The position numbers and the translations under genes are program-made. Of a stretch of DNA of 63,209 bases, positions 14,392 to 24,740 are shown piece by piece; position 1 is the stretch's first letter; every line of letters begins with the position of its first letter. Below the pieces are notes generated by a model. It had not been told where the DNA came from and did no database searches. It saw only the letters and a list, made by a program, of their open reading frames with translations. The stretch is from an uncultured Actinomycetes bacterium. GTDB taxonomy: Bacteria > Actinomycetota > Actinomycetes > S36-B12. The stretch lies in the NCBI GenBank assembly GCA_903960135.1, contig CAJBZP010000068.1, positions 1 through 63,209 on the forward strand. The letters run 5' to 3'.

Positions 14392-15294
14392 CTAAGCCCG
14401 CTCGCCCTTGACGACTAGGACGACACCGCCCAAAACCACCGTTAGCCCGATGAGAATTGATCTGCTAAGTGGCTCCGCTAAAACCAGCCAACCGAGCAGC
14501 ACCGCAACAACCGGGTTCACATATGGAAACGTTGAGACCAACGAGATGGGCGCCCGAGCAATCAGAAAGGTAAAGGCCGAATAGCCGATTATCGAGGCAA
14601 TCACCAACCAGACCCAACCAATGACACTCACGCTTAAATAGCTGCCAAATTCGATCCGTTCGCCAATCAAGATGCCGACGGCCATCAACGCCACGCCTGC
14701 CATCAGCATCTGCAACGTCGCGGTCACCAAAGAGTTGGCTGGTACCGCGAATGACTTCGCCCGCCAGGAAAAGAAGGCCCACGAAATGCAGCCCATGAGG
14801 ATGGCGAAACACCAGAAAAGAACTGCACCCGGTGCAGCGCCATTTACCGAGACGATGCCGCCGGGCAACAACATCATCACAATCCCGGCGATGCCAATCA
14901 TTACCCCGGCCCCGGTGAGCCGGCTTGGACGGTCCCCATTGAGTAGCCGAAACAACACAATCCATAGCGGAATGGAGGCACCGATAAGGGCGGCAATCCC
15001 GCCAGGGACATATCGCTGGCCAAGGGCTAGAGCCGCAGCCCAGATACTGATAATGCCAAGGCCCATGATGGCGCCGGAAAAAAGCTCCCGACGGGTGATC
15101 CGAAACGGTGCCACACCACGAAAAATCAGCACTCCGATACCAAGGCATAGCGACGCAACAAAATATCGCGACCCGGTTGCGATCAACGGCGGCATCGACT
15201 TAACCACCTCGGAGAGGCCAAGGTAGGTGGAACCCCAAACAATCCAGAGCGTGACCAACGGTGCCCACACACCCAGCGCCGTTGGCTGTTTCAC
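14392..15294 (-). CDS. EamA/DMT-family transporter
   Basis: 300 aa, about 10 predicted TM helices, duplicated EamA-like halves. Confidence 0.8.
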   Translation of the reverse strand: MKQPTALGVWAPLVTLWIVWGSTYLGLSEVVKSMPPLIATGSRYFVASLCLGIGVLIFRGVAPFRITRRELFSGAIMGLGIISIWAAALALGQRYVPGGIAALIGASIPLWIVLFRLLNGDRPSRLTGAGVMIGIAGIVMMLLPGGIVSVNGAAPGAVLFWCFAILMGCISWAFFSWRAKSFAVPANSLVTATLQMLMAGVALMAVGILIGERIEFGSYLSVSVIGWVWLVIASIIGYSAFTFLIARAPISLVSTFPYVNPVVAVLLGWLVLAEPLSRSILIGLTVVLGGVVLVVKGERA

Positions 15295-15359
15295 GCTGGC
15301 AGCCTATTGCCGAGAGCACCGCGGATTGCTGGGCATTCGCTGACAGGTACCTTTGGTGG

Positions 15360-15857
15360 ATGTCTTTAACAGGTCAGCTAAGCGGTGGTGGTGAGATCAC
15401 CCTGTGCCCAATTGACGAGGCATACCCAAAGCAGTTGATCCACAGCCCATACGAGAACTGGGGCGATAAGGCGGCAGCCGCCAATCAAATGATCATCGAG
15501 AGGTGGTGCATAAGACTCCGCGCGCAAGGTGCGCCCGTGGCAGATGTCGGCTACCTCTCGGCGCATGTGGTTTGGTACGGCCCCACTCTCGGGTCCAGGG
15601 CCATGAACATCGGCATCGGCATCGTCGCCGAATACCGCGGGCAAGGCATCGGATCCTTGAGCCAGCGACTGCTGGCCGAATACCTGCATTCGCAGGGGTA
15701 TCTGCGCGTCGAAGCGTCCACCGATGTCGCGAACCTTCCCGAACAGCGTGCTCTAGCAGCCGCAGGTTTCGAATTCGAAGGCATCGCGCGGCTGGCACAG
15801 GGCCGCGCAGATGGGGTGCATGACTTGCAGGTGTGGTCACATCTGCCCGGCTCATAA
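15360..15857 (+). CDS. GNAT N-acetyltransferase
   Basis: Acetyl-CoA motif YRGQGIGSLSQRLL. The start is moved to ATG 15360 (MSLTGQ...) because the track start at 15261 overlaps the EamA gene. Confidence 0.7.
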   Translation: MSLTGQLSGGGEITLCPIDEAYPKQLIHSPYENWGDKAAAANQMIIERWCIRLRAQGAPVADVGYLSAHVVWYGPTLGSRAMNIGIGIVAEYRGQGIGSLSQRLLAEYLHSQGYLRVEASTDVANLPEQRALAAAGFEFEGIARLAQGRADGVHDLQVWSHLPGS

Positions 15858-15875
15858 ACGGCCTACACTCTGGGC

Positions 15876-16676
15876 ATGAGCGTGCGGGTGTACACCGGAC
15901 GCCACTCTGATCGTGGCAGCTCCCCATCGGGCTGGCTGCCCTATGTGCCTTGGGCCCTAGCCGGCCTGACCATCACCGGGCAGATCATCTGGGTCCTGGT
16001 GGGTGACCAACCGCGAATCGCGCTCACCATCGGCACGGTTGTCACCTTCTTCTTGGCGAGCGCAACACATGCCTACCTATCGCGCGGACTTAGTTGGACC
16101 GCGGGCTATCTTGCGATCTCACTTGGCTTTGGCCTTGCGATCGAAGCCATCGGCACCGCGACCCGATTCCCATTCGGCGATTACACCTACACCAGCGTTC
16201 TTGGCCCCGCTGTCCTTGGCGTTCCGATCCTCATCCCACTGGCCTGGTCGATGATGGCTTATCCGTGCTTACTTGCGGCGCAGCGCCTGGTAGGCAGTGG
16301 GCTCGCCACCGCATTGGTGGGCGGTTGGCTATTCGCCTCTTGGGATCTGTTCCTGGATCCACAGATGGTCAGCGCGGGGGCATGGCAGTGGAATTCGGTG
16401 GGCTGGGTTCTACCCGGTATCCCCGGCATCCCATTGCAGAATTTCCTCGGCTGGCTGCTGATGGCATTCGTCTTAATGTGGCTCCTTGACCGGCTACCGC
16501 GCAAGGTCGTCAAGGACGGTGTCCCCACCTTGCTGCTCACCTGGGTCTACCTATCCAATGTGCTCGCCGCCGCCGTTTTCTTCGGCCGTCCCACGGTCGC
16601 GCTCTGGGGTGCGGTTTGCATGGGTATCGTGCTGATTCCATGGTGGTGGCGCAGTTGGAGCCAACCCCAGTGGTGA
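15876..16676 (+). CDS. carotenoid biosynthesis membrane protein (CruF-like carotenoid 1,2-hydratase family)
   Basis: 266 aa polytopic membrane protein. The FPFGDYTYTSVLGP...PLAWSMMAYP region resembles the Caroten_synth/CruF family as I recall it. Context: immediately followed by a GT2 and a CrtI-family desaturase. Confidence 0.55.
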   Translation: MSVRVYTGRHSDRGSSPSGWLPYVPWALAGLTITGQIIWVLVGDQPRIALTIGTVVTFFLASATHAYLSRGLSWTAGYLAISLGFGLAIEAIGTATRFPFGDYTYTSVLGPAVLGVPILIPLAWSMMAYPCLLAAQRLVGSGLATALVGGWLFASWDLFLDPQMVSAGAWQWNSVGWVLPGIPGIPLQNFLGWLLMAFVLMWLLDRLPRKVVKDGVPTLLLTWVYLSNVLAAAVFFGRPTVALWGAVCMGIVLIPWWWRSWSQPQW

Positions 16677-17812
16677 TTAGACGCGGAGCACTAATTCGAC
16701 GCGCAGCGGCAATTGGTGCATTTGGTGCGAGTGCTATCGCGGTGCACACCGCAATCAACCTCCAGCGCCTGCGCGCACCGGCAGTAGCCGGCCCGAACAT
16801 AACCGAGCGCGTCAGCGTCCTGCTCCCGGCGCGGAATGAAGCCGAACATATTTCCGTTACCGTGCAAAGTATTCTCGCGCAAGAAGGCTTAGACGACTTT
16901 GAGTTGATAGTTCTCGATGACGGTTCGACCGACGACACCGCGGCGATAGTTCGGGCAATACCTGACCCGCGCTTGAAGTTGGTTGTTGGCGCGGATGATT
17001 CGCTGCCAGCAGGATGGCTGGGCAAACCCTGGGCCTGCGCTCGACTTGGCGACCTAGCTACCGGATCCGTCCTTGTTTTCGTCGACGCTGACGTTTACTT
17101 CGAGCCACAGGCCATTCGCGGCGCCGTCGAACTCTTGCGCGACCAAGGGTTCGCTCTCGTCTCCCCTTATCCCAGGCAGGTTGCCAAATCCTGGCTAGAG
17201 CGCCTAGTGCAGCCACTGATCGTTTGGTCTTGGTGCGCGACCGTGCCGCTCCGCTGGGCTGAGGCGTCGAGTCGACCATCTTTGGCTGCGGCGAATGGTC
17301 AATTCATCGTCATTGATGCGCAGGTCTACCGGGCGGTCGGCGGCCATGAAGCGGTAGCCAGCGAGGTAATTGAAGATGTGGCACTCATGCGCGCGGTGAA
17401 AGTCATGGGCCAACAGGCGGTAACCGCGGACGGTTCAAAAATCGCCCACTGCCGGATGTACGCGACATCGCAGGAGGTTGTTAATGGCTACACAAAGTCA
17501 CTCTGGTCGGCATTTAACGGCCCGGCTGGATCCATTGCCGTCAATGGGCTGCTCCTCACTGCGTATGTCGCACCCGCAGCAGCAATGCTCGTCGGGCGCG
17601 GAAGAACTCGTGCCATCGGCGCTATCGGCTATGCGGCCGGTGTCACCAGCCGAGTGCTGGTCGCAAAGCGCACCGGTGAGCGCAGCTGGCCCGACGCGTT
17701 GGCCCACCCCATCTCGATCACCGCATTTACCGCTCTCAATGTACTTTCCTGGTCGCGCCATCGCCGCGGCGCTAACTCCTGGAAAGGTCGACCCGTAACC
17801 GCGGTTAACTAA
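16673..17812 (+). CDS. family 2 glycosyltransferase (carotenoid glycosyltransferase candidate)
   Basis: GT-A motifs VLLPARNE, LDDGSTDDT and VFVDADV. Probable GTG start in a GTGA overlap with the upstream stop; ATG 16640 is an alternative. Confidence 0.75.
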   Translation: MIRRGALIRRAAAIGAFGASAIAVHTAINLQRLRAPAVAGPNITERVSVLLPARNEAEHISVTVQSILAQEGLDDFELIVLDDGSTDDTAAIVRAIPDPRLKLVVGADDSLPAGWLGKPWACARLGDLATGSVLVFVDADVYFEPQAIRGAVELLRDQGFALVSPYPRQVAKSWLERLVQPLIVWSWCATVPLRWAEASSRPSLAAANGQFIVIDAQVYRAVGGHEAVASEVIEDVALMRAVKVMGQQAVTADGSKIAHCRMYATSQEVVNGYTKSLWSAFNGPAGSIAVNGLLLTAYVAPAAAMLVGRGRTRAIGAIGYAAGVTSRVLVAKRTGERSWPDALAHPISITAFTALNVLSWSRHRRGANSWKGRPVTAVN

Positions 17813-17839
17813 AATGGTCGAGGCTCCTAGGCTGGGGCT

Positions 17840-19369
17840 GTGCCTGCCAAATCAAAAGAAATTAGCAAATCAAATGTCATTGTGATTGGCGCCGGGGTTG
17901 GCGGGCTGGCTACCGCGGCGCGCTTAGCCGCAAAAGGCATGGCGGTGACGGTTCTTGAGCAGGCAGATCAGTTCGGCGGCAAGTTGGCCTCTTATCGAAG
18001 GGCTGGCTTTGTTTTCGATACCGGTCCCTCACTTTTCACCCTGCCGGCTGTTTACCGAGACCTCTTCCTAAAAACCGGCGGGCCGCTTGAGGAAGCCATT
18101 GACCTACAACCCCTCGACCCGGCTTTTCGCTACCAATTCGGTGACGGTGCCACCGTCGTGATGCCCGGGGTCGGAACTGGCCAGTGCGCTGACGCCCTCG
18201 CCGACGGACTCGGGGGCAAGGCCGCGCAGGAGTGGCGCAACCTGATTAAACGCGGCGGCGCAATGTGGCAGGTTACCCGGGAGCCATTCTTGCAATCCCC
18301 GTTAGCCGGGTGGCGCAACATCATGTCACTTGCGCGAAATCCCGGTGATGTGCAGACTGTCGCGCCTTTTACGACTTTGCGCGCGCTGGGTGAGAAAACC
18401 TTCAGCGACAAGCGCCTGGTGACTCTGCTCGACAGGTACGCGACTTATACCGGGTCTGATCCGCGCAAGGCACCGGCCGTCTTGGCCACCGTGCCATATA
18501 TCGAACAGACTTTCGGCGCCTGGCATATCGGTGGCGGAATCAGTTCCTTGGCCGATGCGCTGGTGCAGCGCTGTCGAGACCTCGGGGTGCAGCTTCTTCC
18601 CAGCATGGACGTAACGTCTATCAATACCAACGGAAATCAGGTGACGGGCGTTCAAACCAGCAGCGGCGAAACTTTCATGGCAGATATCGTGGTTGCAAAT
18701 GCTGACGCCGGACAGGTATACGGCAACCTGACTAACTCCAAAAGCGTTCAAGAGACCCTCAAGAACATCCGAAAGTCAACTCCGTCACTGGCCGGCTTCG
18801 TGCTACTTCTTGCGGTAAAAGGCCGAACCAACGGCCTGCAACATCACAATGTCTGGTTTACCGAGGATTACGATGCGGAATTCGACTCAATATTTGGTCG
18901 CAAGATCGCCCCGGTCAGCGATCCGACAATCTATGTCTGCTCGCCAAGTGACCCACTCATGCGCCCCGACGAAGATCACGAGTCATGGTTTGTTCTTGTT
19001 AACGCACCGCGTCATGGTGATGGCACGAATGGCACGATGAATTGGGATGAGCCCGGCCTGGCCGAGCAGTACGCAGATCACGTCTTAGGCGTACTCGCCA
19101 GACGAGGGATGGACATCAGGCCCAATATTTGCTGGCGCGAGATTCGAACCCCCGCGGATCTGGAGCGCGATGTCCGGGCACCCGGGGGCGCGATTTACGG
19201 CACTTCCAGCAATGGCGCACGCGCGGCCTTCGCTCGGCCGGCAAATGAGTCGCCGGTCGGTGGGCTCTATCTAGTCGGCGGCTCATCGCACCCGGGCGGC
19301 GGCTTACCACTTGTCGGCATGAGTGCGGAGATCGTTGCAAAACTTATTAGCGCAAGTGGGAGTTATTAA
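17840..19369 (+). CDS. CrtI-family carotenoid desaturase (CrtD-like)
   Basis: 509 aa. FAD fold VIVIGAGVGGLATAARLAAKG...EQADQFGGK. C-terminal GGSSHPGGGLPLVGMSAEI typical of phytoene-desaturase-family enzymes. Confidence 0.8.
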   Translation: MPAKSKEISKSNVIVIGAGVGGLATAARLAAKGMAVTVLEQADQFGGKLASYRRAGFVFDTGPSLFTLPAVYRDLFLKTGGPLEEAIDLQPLDPAFRYQFGDGATVVMPGVGTGQCADALADGLGGKAAQEWRNLIKRGGAMWQVTREPFLQSPLAGWRNIMSLARNPGDVQTVAPFTTLRALGEKTFSDKRLVTLLDRYATYTGSDPRKAPAVLATVPYIEQTFGAWHIGGGISSLADALVQRCRDLGVQLLPSMDVTSINTNGNQVTGVQTSSGETFMADIVVANADAGQVYGNLTNSKSVQETLKNIRKSTPSLAGFVLLLAVKGRTNGLQHHNVWFTEDYDAEFDSIFGRKIAPVSDPTIYVCSPSDPLMRPDEDHESWFVLVNAPRHGDGTNGTMNWDEPGLAEQYADHVLGVLARRGMDIRPNICWREIRTPADLERDVRAPGGAIYGTSSNGARAAFARPANESPVGGLYLVGGSSHPGGGLPLVGMSAEIVAKLISASGSY

Positions 19370-20258
19370 GTCCTAGGGCTTGATAAACCTCTCGGGTCGA
19401 GGTTGAGCGATTAAGGGTGTAGAAATGCAGGCCCGGCGCCCCCAGCGCCAAGAGTTGCTCACCCAAGGTGGTTGCGACTTCGACACCTAATTCGTGGACG
19501 GCTCTTTGGTCATCTTCGATCCCTGCAAACCGCTGGGCGAGCTCGGCCGGGAATACGGCACCAGAAAGTGCTGCGAACCGCTCGATCTGCGCGACATTAG
19601 TGACGGGCATTAACCCGGGCACAATGGGCATGGTGCACCCGTGAACTGCAGCACGACTAACTAGCCGCTCGTAGTCGGCCGCCCGGAAGAAGAACTGCGT
19701 GATGGCAAATTCGGCCCCCGCGTCCTGCTTGGCCGCAAGGACGCGCGCATCTTCCTCGAAGTCAAGGGATTCGGGATGACCTTCGGGGAATGCGGCGACC
19801 CCCACACTAAATGCACCGAGGGATCGCACGAGTGATACAAGTTCATCGGCATGTTGCAGGCCACCGGGGTACTGCTCCCACTTGGCGCCTAGCCCAGAAC
19901 TCGGATCACCACGCAGCGCCATGATGGTATTGACTCCGGCATCGAAGTATTGGGCAATTACTCGCCGGAGGTCCGCAACGCTCGCGTCGACGCAGGTCAG
20001 ATGCGCAACGGGAAGCAGGGTGGTTTCCTCCGCAATCTGCTTGGTGATTCGCACCGTGCGATCTTGCGTGGATCCGCCCGCGCCGTACGTCACCGAAACA
20101 AAAGTGGGCTTTAGGGCCTCGAGTTCACGGACCGTCTGCCAAAGGGCCTGCTCCCCGGCATCAGTCTTGGGCGGAAACAACTCGAAGGAGAAACTGCTTT
20201 GGCCGCCCGCCAGTACCGCGCCCAGGCTCGGTGCGACTTCACGGCTAGCCATGGCCAA
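19347..20258 (-). CDS. metF: methylenetetrahydrofolate reductase
   Basis: 303 aa. FSFELFPPKT and SVTYGAGGSTQDRT motifs. Its 3' end overlaps the convergent desaturase gene by 23 nt. Confidence 0.85.
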   Translation of the reverse strand: MAMASREVAPSLGAVLAGGQSSFSFELFPPKTDAGEQALWQTVRELEALKPTFVSVTYGAGGSTQDRTVRITKQIAEETTLLPVAHLTCVDASVADLRRVIAQYFDAGVNTIMALRGDPSSGLGAKWEQYPGGLQHADELVSLVRSLGAFSVGVAAFPEGHPESLDFEEDARVLAAKQDAGAEFAITQFFFRAADYERLVSRAAVHGCTMPIVPGLMPVTNVAQIERFAALSGAVFPAELAQRFAGIEDDQRAVHELGVEVATTLGEQLLALGAPGLHFYTLNRSTSTREVYQALGLNNSHLR

Positions 20259-20311
20259 ACCCTAGCCCAGCAGGCCTGCAGTGCGGCCCAGCAACCAACC
20301 GGTCAGCCGAT

Positions 20312-21448
20312 TTGGGCACTAGCATCTACACTCAGACGATGCCCGCGCCGTCTGCAGCACCCATGAAGTTATCGCCATTTGATGCGGCGGAACTACGGCA
20401 GCGTGTGCAGTGTGCGATAGACATGGTCCTCGCGCAGGAATCTGAGCGGCTGACGAAGATTGATCCCGATCTACTCCCACTTATTGAAGCCTTAACGGCC
20501 TTACTTGCAGGCGGTAAGCGACTGCGACCGGCCTTTTGCTACTGGGGCTGGCGCGGTGCGCTAGCCGGCGATCGGCCACCGGCCGAAATTGACGAACCTG
20601 CGATGCGGGCGGCCTCCGCGCTGGAATTCTTACAGGGGTGTGCCCTGGTTCACGATGATGTCATGGATGGGTCCGACACCCGACGCGGTCAACCGGCCGC
20701 CCACCGACGCTTCGCTAATCTGCACCGCAATCATTCCTGGCTGGGCTCCCCCGAGCATTTTGGTATTGGCGCGGCAATCTTGTTGGGTGATATGTGCCTG
20801 TCGTGGTCAGATCAAGTGCTGCTAACCAGCGGTATGCCCGATACTGCGCTCAACCGGGTCAAGCCCATCTACGACGAGATGCGCACCGAGCTGATGGCTG
20901 GTCAGTACCTAGATCTCCTCGAGCAAGCCCGCGGCGGTGGTTCCATTGAGCGAGCCCTGCGTGTGGTGCGCTACAAATCCGCAAAGTACACGATCGAGAA
21001 GCCACTGCACCTGGGCGCAGCACTTGCTGGTGGCTCCCCAGAGGTATTCGCGACCTACACCGCATTCGGCCTGCCCCTTGGCGAGGCGTTTCAATTACGC
21101 GATGATGTACTAGGGGTGTTCGGCGACCCGAAGGAAACCGGCAAACCAGCAGGTGACGACCTTCGCGAGGGCAAGCGCACAGTGCTAATCGCGATTGCAT
21201 CCGAGCGTGCCACGAGTGACCAGATGTCAGCGATCCGCACTCACCTTGGCGATCCGGCACTTGATCTTGCCGGGGTTGAGGAACTCCGCGAGATTATTAC
21301 GACCACCGGTGCCCGCGAGCATGCAGAACACCTCATCGCCAGCCTGCTGGAGACCTCTCTCATTGCCATTGAGACTGACATCATCAACCCTGAGGCGCGG
21401 GCAATCTTCACTGAACTTGCCCACGCCGCAACTAAGAGATCGGGCTGA
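20312..21448 (+). CDS. crtE: geranylgeranyl diphosphate synthase (polyprenyl synthetase)
   Basis: First and second Asp-rich motifs LVHDDVMDG and FQLRDDVLG. The true start may be ATG 20339. Confidence 0.85.
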   Translation: MGTSIYTQTMPAPSAAPMKLSPFDAAELRQRVQCAIDMVLAQESERLTKIDPDLLPLIEALTALLAGGKRLRPAFCYWGWRGALAGDRPPAEIDEPAMRAASALEFLQGCALVHDDVMDGSDTRRGQPAAHRRFANLHRNHSWLGSPEHFGIGAAILLGDMCLSWSDQVLLTSGMPDTALNRVKPIYDEMRTELMAGQYLDLLEQARGGGSIERALRVVRYKSAKYTIEKPLHLGAALAGGSPEVFATYTAFGLPLGEAFQLRDDVLGVFGDPKETGKPAGDDLREGKRTVLIAIASERATSDQMSAIRTHLGDPALDLAGVEELREIITTTGAREHAEHLIASLLETSLIAIETDIINPEARAIFTELAHAATKRSG

Positions 21449-21474
21449 TCAATTTTCATGTCAAGGCAAGTTGG

Positions 21475-23040
21475 ATGAACCTGTCAAAGAGCAGATCACT
21501 TACCCGCTGGTTGCCGCGCACAACCCCGCGAACCGTTAGCGGGCCCACCGATCACGTTGTCATTGTTGGCGCGGGGCTCGCCGGCCTCTCCGCGGCGATG
21601 CGTCTTGCCGGAGCCGGGCGCCAAGTCACGGTTCTAGAGCGCGAGTTGGTGCCCGGTGGTCGCGCTGGGCGCATAGACATTGAGACAGCGGACGGCACTT
21701 ATAAGTTCGACACCGGTCCCACCGTCTTGACGATGCCCGACCTGATCGCAGACTGCTTCGATGCATTAGGTGAGGACATGCAAGATTGGCTTGAACTTAA
21801 GCCGGTGGCCCCGCTCTACCGCGCCTTCTACCCCGATGGCTCGATTCTTAATGTACACGCCGATGTTGCCCAGATGGCCCAAGAGATTACCGAAGTAATT
21901 GGCGCAGATGAGGCTGCGGGATATTTGAAGTATGTTGATTTTGTCTCGAAGCTCTACAAGTACGAGATGAAGGATTTCATCGACCGCAATATCGACAACC
22001 CATTCGATTTAGTCACCCCCGATCTCGCCAAGCTGGTGGCCATCGGCGGGTTTCGCAAACTGGCTCCAAAGGTGCGTGAATACCTTAAAGATCCCCGCAC
22101 CGAGCGCATCTACTCCTTCCAGGCGATGTATGCAGGGCTGTCCCCGTACGACGCACTTGCAATCTATGCCGTAATCGCCTACATGGATTCAATCGCGGGG
22201 GTGTTCTTCCCGACAGGTGGCATGCACGCACTCCCCGTCGCTATGGCAGCGGCCGCTGAAAAACATGGTGTGAGTATCAAGTACGCGACCACTGTCACTT
22301 CGGTCGAAACTAATGGTGACCGCGCTACCGCGGTGATCACCTCATCCGGTGACCGGATCGAAGCCGATGTAGTCGTGCTAAACCCTGACCTTCCGGTGGC
22401 CTACCGAGATCTGCTCGGCAAAACCCCCTGGTCGGTCGGTCGGCTGGACTACTCCCCATCCTGCTTCCTGATGCTTGCCGGATCTACCGCGAACTACACC
22501 AAGATCGCCCACCACAATATTCACTTTGGGCGAAGCTGGCGTGGCGTATTCGATGAGCTGATCGACAAAAAGCAGCTCATGAGTGACCCGAGTGTCCTTG
22601 TTACCAACCCCTCCCGCTCGGACCCAACTTTGGCACCTGCTGGAAAACAGATTTACTACGTTCTCTTTCCCACCCCGAATCTCGATGCAGATATTGATTG
22701 GCGAAACACCGGCCCAAAGTATCGCGATGAGGTGGTGCGGGTACTTGAAGAACGAGGATATATCGGATTTGGTGATGCCATAGAAGTTGAGAACATCACC
22801 ACCCCACTGGATTGGCAAGATCGCGGCATGGAGCGCGGGGCACCATTTGCGGCCGCTCACTCATTCCTGCAAACCGGACCATTTCGGCCAGGCAACCTCT
22901 GGGGCGAGAATGTGGTCTTCACCGGATCAGGAACCCAGCCGGGTGTCGGTGTACCTATGGTCCTGGTCTCGGGCCGGCTTGCTGCTGAGCGTATTGTTGG
23001 AAAGGACCCGAACTATCACTCGCGTGCCCGCAGGAGTTGA
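21475..23040 (+). CDS. crtI: phytoene desaturase
   Basis: 521 aa. VVIVGAGLAGLSAAMRLAGAGRQVTVLE FAD fold and C-terminal FTGSGTQPGVGVPMVLVSG. 4-nt overlap with crtB. Confidence 0.9.
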   Translation: MNLSKSRSLTRWLPRTTPRTVSGPTDHVVIVGAGLAGLSAAMRLAGAGRQVTVLERELVPGGRAGRIDIETADGTYKFDTGPTVLTMPDLIADCFDALGEDMQDWLELKPVAPLYRAFYPDGSILNVHADVAQMAQEITEVIGADEAAGYLKYVDFVSKLYKYEMKDFIDRNIDNPFDLVTPDLAKLVAIGGFRKLAPKVREYLKDPRTERIYSFQAMYAGLSPYDALAIYAVIAYMDSIAGVFFPTGGMHALPVAMAAAAEKHGVSIKYATTVTSVETNGDRATAVITSSGDRIEADVVVLNPDLPVAYRDLLGKTPWSVGRLDYSPSCFLMLAGSTANYTKIAHHNIHFGRSWRGVFDELIDKKQLMSDPSVLVTNPSRSDPTLAPAGKQIYYVLFPTPNLDADIDWRNTGPKYRDEVVRVLEERGYIGFGDAIEVENITTPLDWQDRGMERGAPFAAAHSFLQTGPFRPGNLWGENVVFTGSGTQPGVGVPMVLVSGRLAAERIVGKDPNYHSRARRS

Positions 23041-23996
23041 AATTGAGTTCAAGGGATCTCGATGCTGCAGGCATCATCGACCCGGACTTACGAGCTTCGT
23101 ATGAACTTTGTCGGCAATTAAACGCCGCGCACGGCAAAACTTACTATTTGGCGACTTTATTACTGCCCCCCGGCAAACGCCCATATGTGCACGCGCTGTA
23201 CGGATTCGCCAGATATGCCGATGAGATAGTTGATGACCTCGCTTCCACCCTGACCCAACAGCAAAAGGCCGACTGGCTGCTGACCTGGGGGCAAACATTT
23301 CTCGATGACCTAGATAAGGGCTACTCAACTGATGCAGTATGCCGAGCCGTCATCGACACCGTCCAGCGCTGGGACATCCCAAAAGGTCACTTTGCGGCCT
23401 TCCTGCACTCGATGCAGATGGACTTGACAGTTACGCACTATCAGACATTTGCCGATCTTTATGAATACGTGTACGGGTCGGCAGCCGTGATTGGACTGCA
23501 GATGGTGCCGATCCTCGAACCCACGTCACTCGAAGCCGCCGAAAAAGCCAAAGACCTCGGGGTCGCCTTTCAGCTCGCTAACTTTGTTCGCGATGTCGGC
23601 GAGGATCTTGACCGGGGTCGGGTGTATTTGCCACTTGACGAACTTGCAAGGTTTGGGGTTTATCCTGACGATTTGCAGGCACGGGTCGCCACCCCCGAAA
23701 TCAAAAGTGCTTTGCGTTATCAAATTACCCGGGTAAAGGAACTAGAAGAGCGGTCACGACCCGGGATCTCGATGCTCCATCCATCATCCCAGGACTGCAT
23801 TGAAGCCGCCCGGGTCCTTTATTGTGGGATTGTCGATGAGGTCGAAAAAATCGACTACGAGGTGTTCACCAAGCGTGCATCCGTCCCGATGACGCGCCGG
23901 CTCAGCGTCGCGGGGCCAGCTTGGCTACGCGCGCGGCGAGCGCGTCGACGATTTGGATCCGGGCACGTGCGCGGCTTACATCAAAATGCAAGTTAG
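23037..23996 (+). CDS. crtB: phytoene synthase
   Basis: 319 aa. YARYADEIVDD and NFVRDVGEDLDRGRVYLP Asp-rich motifs. Confidence 0.9.
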   Translation: MKLSSRDLDAAGIIDPDLRASYELCRQLNAAHGKTYYLATLLLPPGKRPYVHALYGFARYADEIVDDLASTLTQQQKADWLLTWGQTFLDDLDKGYSTDAVCRAVIDTVQRWDIPKGHFAAFLHSMQMDLTVTHYQTFADLYEYVYGSAAVIGLQMVPILEPTSLEAAEKAKDLGVAFQLANFVRDVGEDLDRGRVYLPLDELARFGVYPDDLQARVATPEIKSALRYQITRVKELEERSRPGISMLHPSSQDCIEAARVLYCGIVDEVEKIDYEVFTKRASVPMTRRLSVAGPAWLRARRARRRFGSGHVRGLHQNAS

Positions 23997-24370
23997 CGGC
24001 GCCACATAGGTGGTCCGGCTTTCGGTGTGCGCTGCACGCCATGGCGTCCGAGCCAAACCCAGCAGCCCAACGACAGCAACACCAGTGAGAATCCGAAAAG
24101 CAGATCCTCGACCGGCGCGAAGGCGAGTCGGCCATCACCGATGAATGGAGGTGCACCGCCCTCTGGTGAAGTACCACCGATAATGGCGGCGCCGTCATAG
24201 CGAACGATTGCGAACCCCGTGAACATGCCGTTGGTTATCAGTTGAAAGAAAACGATGATCGCGTACGAGACCCAGAACACCTTGCGGGTCACCAATTTGG
24301 TACGCAGAAGGAACATATCGATTAAGACCGCCAGGATCACGGCGAGGCACCCAAGTTGCGTGTAAGTCAT
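23993..24370 (-). CDS. crtYd: lycopene cyclase, heterodimeric small subunit
   Basis: 125 aa with 3 TM helices. 4-nt overlap with the upstream half and with the crtB 3' end. Actinobacterial CrtYc/Yd arrangement. Confidence 0.75.
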   Translation of the reverse strand: MTYTQLGCLAVILAVLIDMFLLRTKLVTRKVFWVSYAIIVFFQLITNGMFTGFAIVRYDGAAIIGGTSPEGGAPPFIGDGRLAFAPVEDLLFGFSLVLLSLGCWVWLGRHGVQRTPKAGPPMWRR

Positions 24371-24729
24371 GGCGCGCCGTCCTCATCGCCGACCGCCCAC
24401 CCTTTGACCGATCGCACTGCCTCCAAGGTCAAAATCGAAGCGATCGGAATGACGATGAAGAACAGCACCTCATCAACTGGGACTGCGCCTGGCAAGTACC
24501 ACCCTGTTATGCGATCTTCATCAAACCACCAGTGGCCATTTGCAATTGCGTAAGCATCCCAACAAAAGAACATGATGACCGCCGGGACGATACTCAAGGC
24601 CAATCGTTTAGCCCGGCGAAATACCCGGGTGCGGCAAGTTGCTTCAAGCCAGGCACTACCTGCCAAGACGAAAATCAAGATCGCCACATATGACAAATTC
24701 GCGGGCACGGTCATATACTCTCCTAACAC
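24367..24729 (-). CDS. crtYc: lycopene cyclase, heterodimeric small subunit
   Basis: 120 aa with 3 TM helices. The PVDEVLFFIVIP motif is typical of lycopene cyclase domains. Confidence 0.75.
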   Translation of the reverse strand: MLGEYMTVPANLSYVAILIFVLAGSAWLEATCRTRVFRRAKRLALSIVPAVIMFFCWDAYAIANGHWWFDEDRITGWYLPGAVPVDEVLFFIVIPIASILTLEAVRSVKGWAVGDEDGAP

Positions 24730-24740
24730 AACTAAACATG

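Noticed and set aside
19135-19165. tRNA-like T-arm strings (GATTCGAACCC here; GTTCGAACC at 24795)
   Set aside because: No cloverleaf can be drawn around them. One lies inside the desaturase CDS and the other is part of the TPP riboswitch core.
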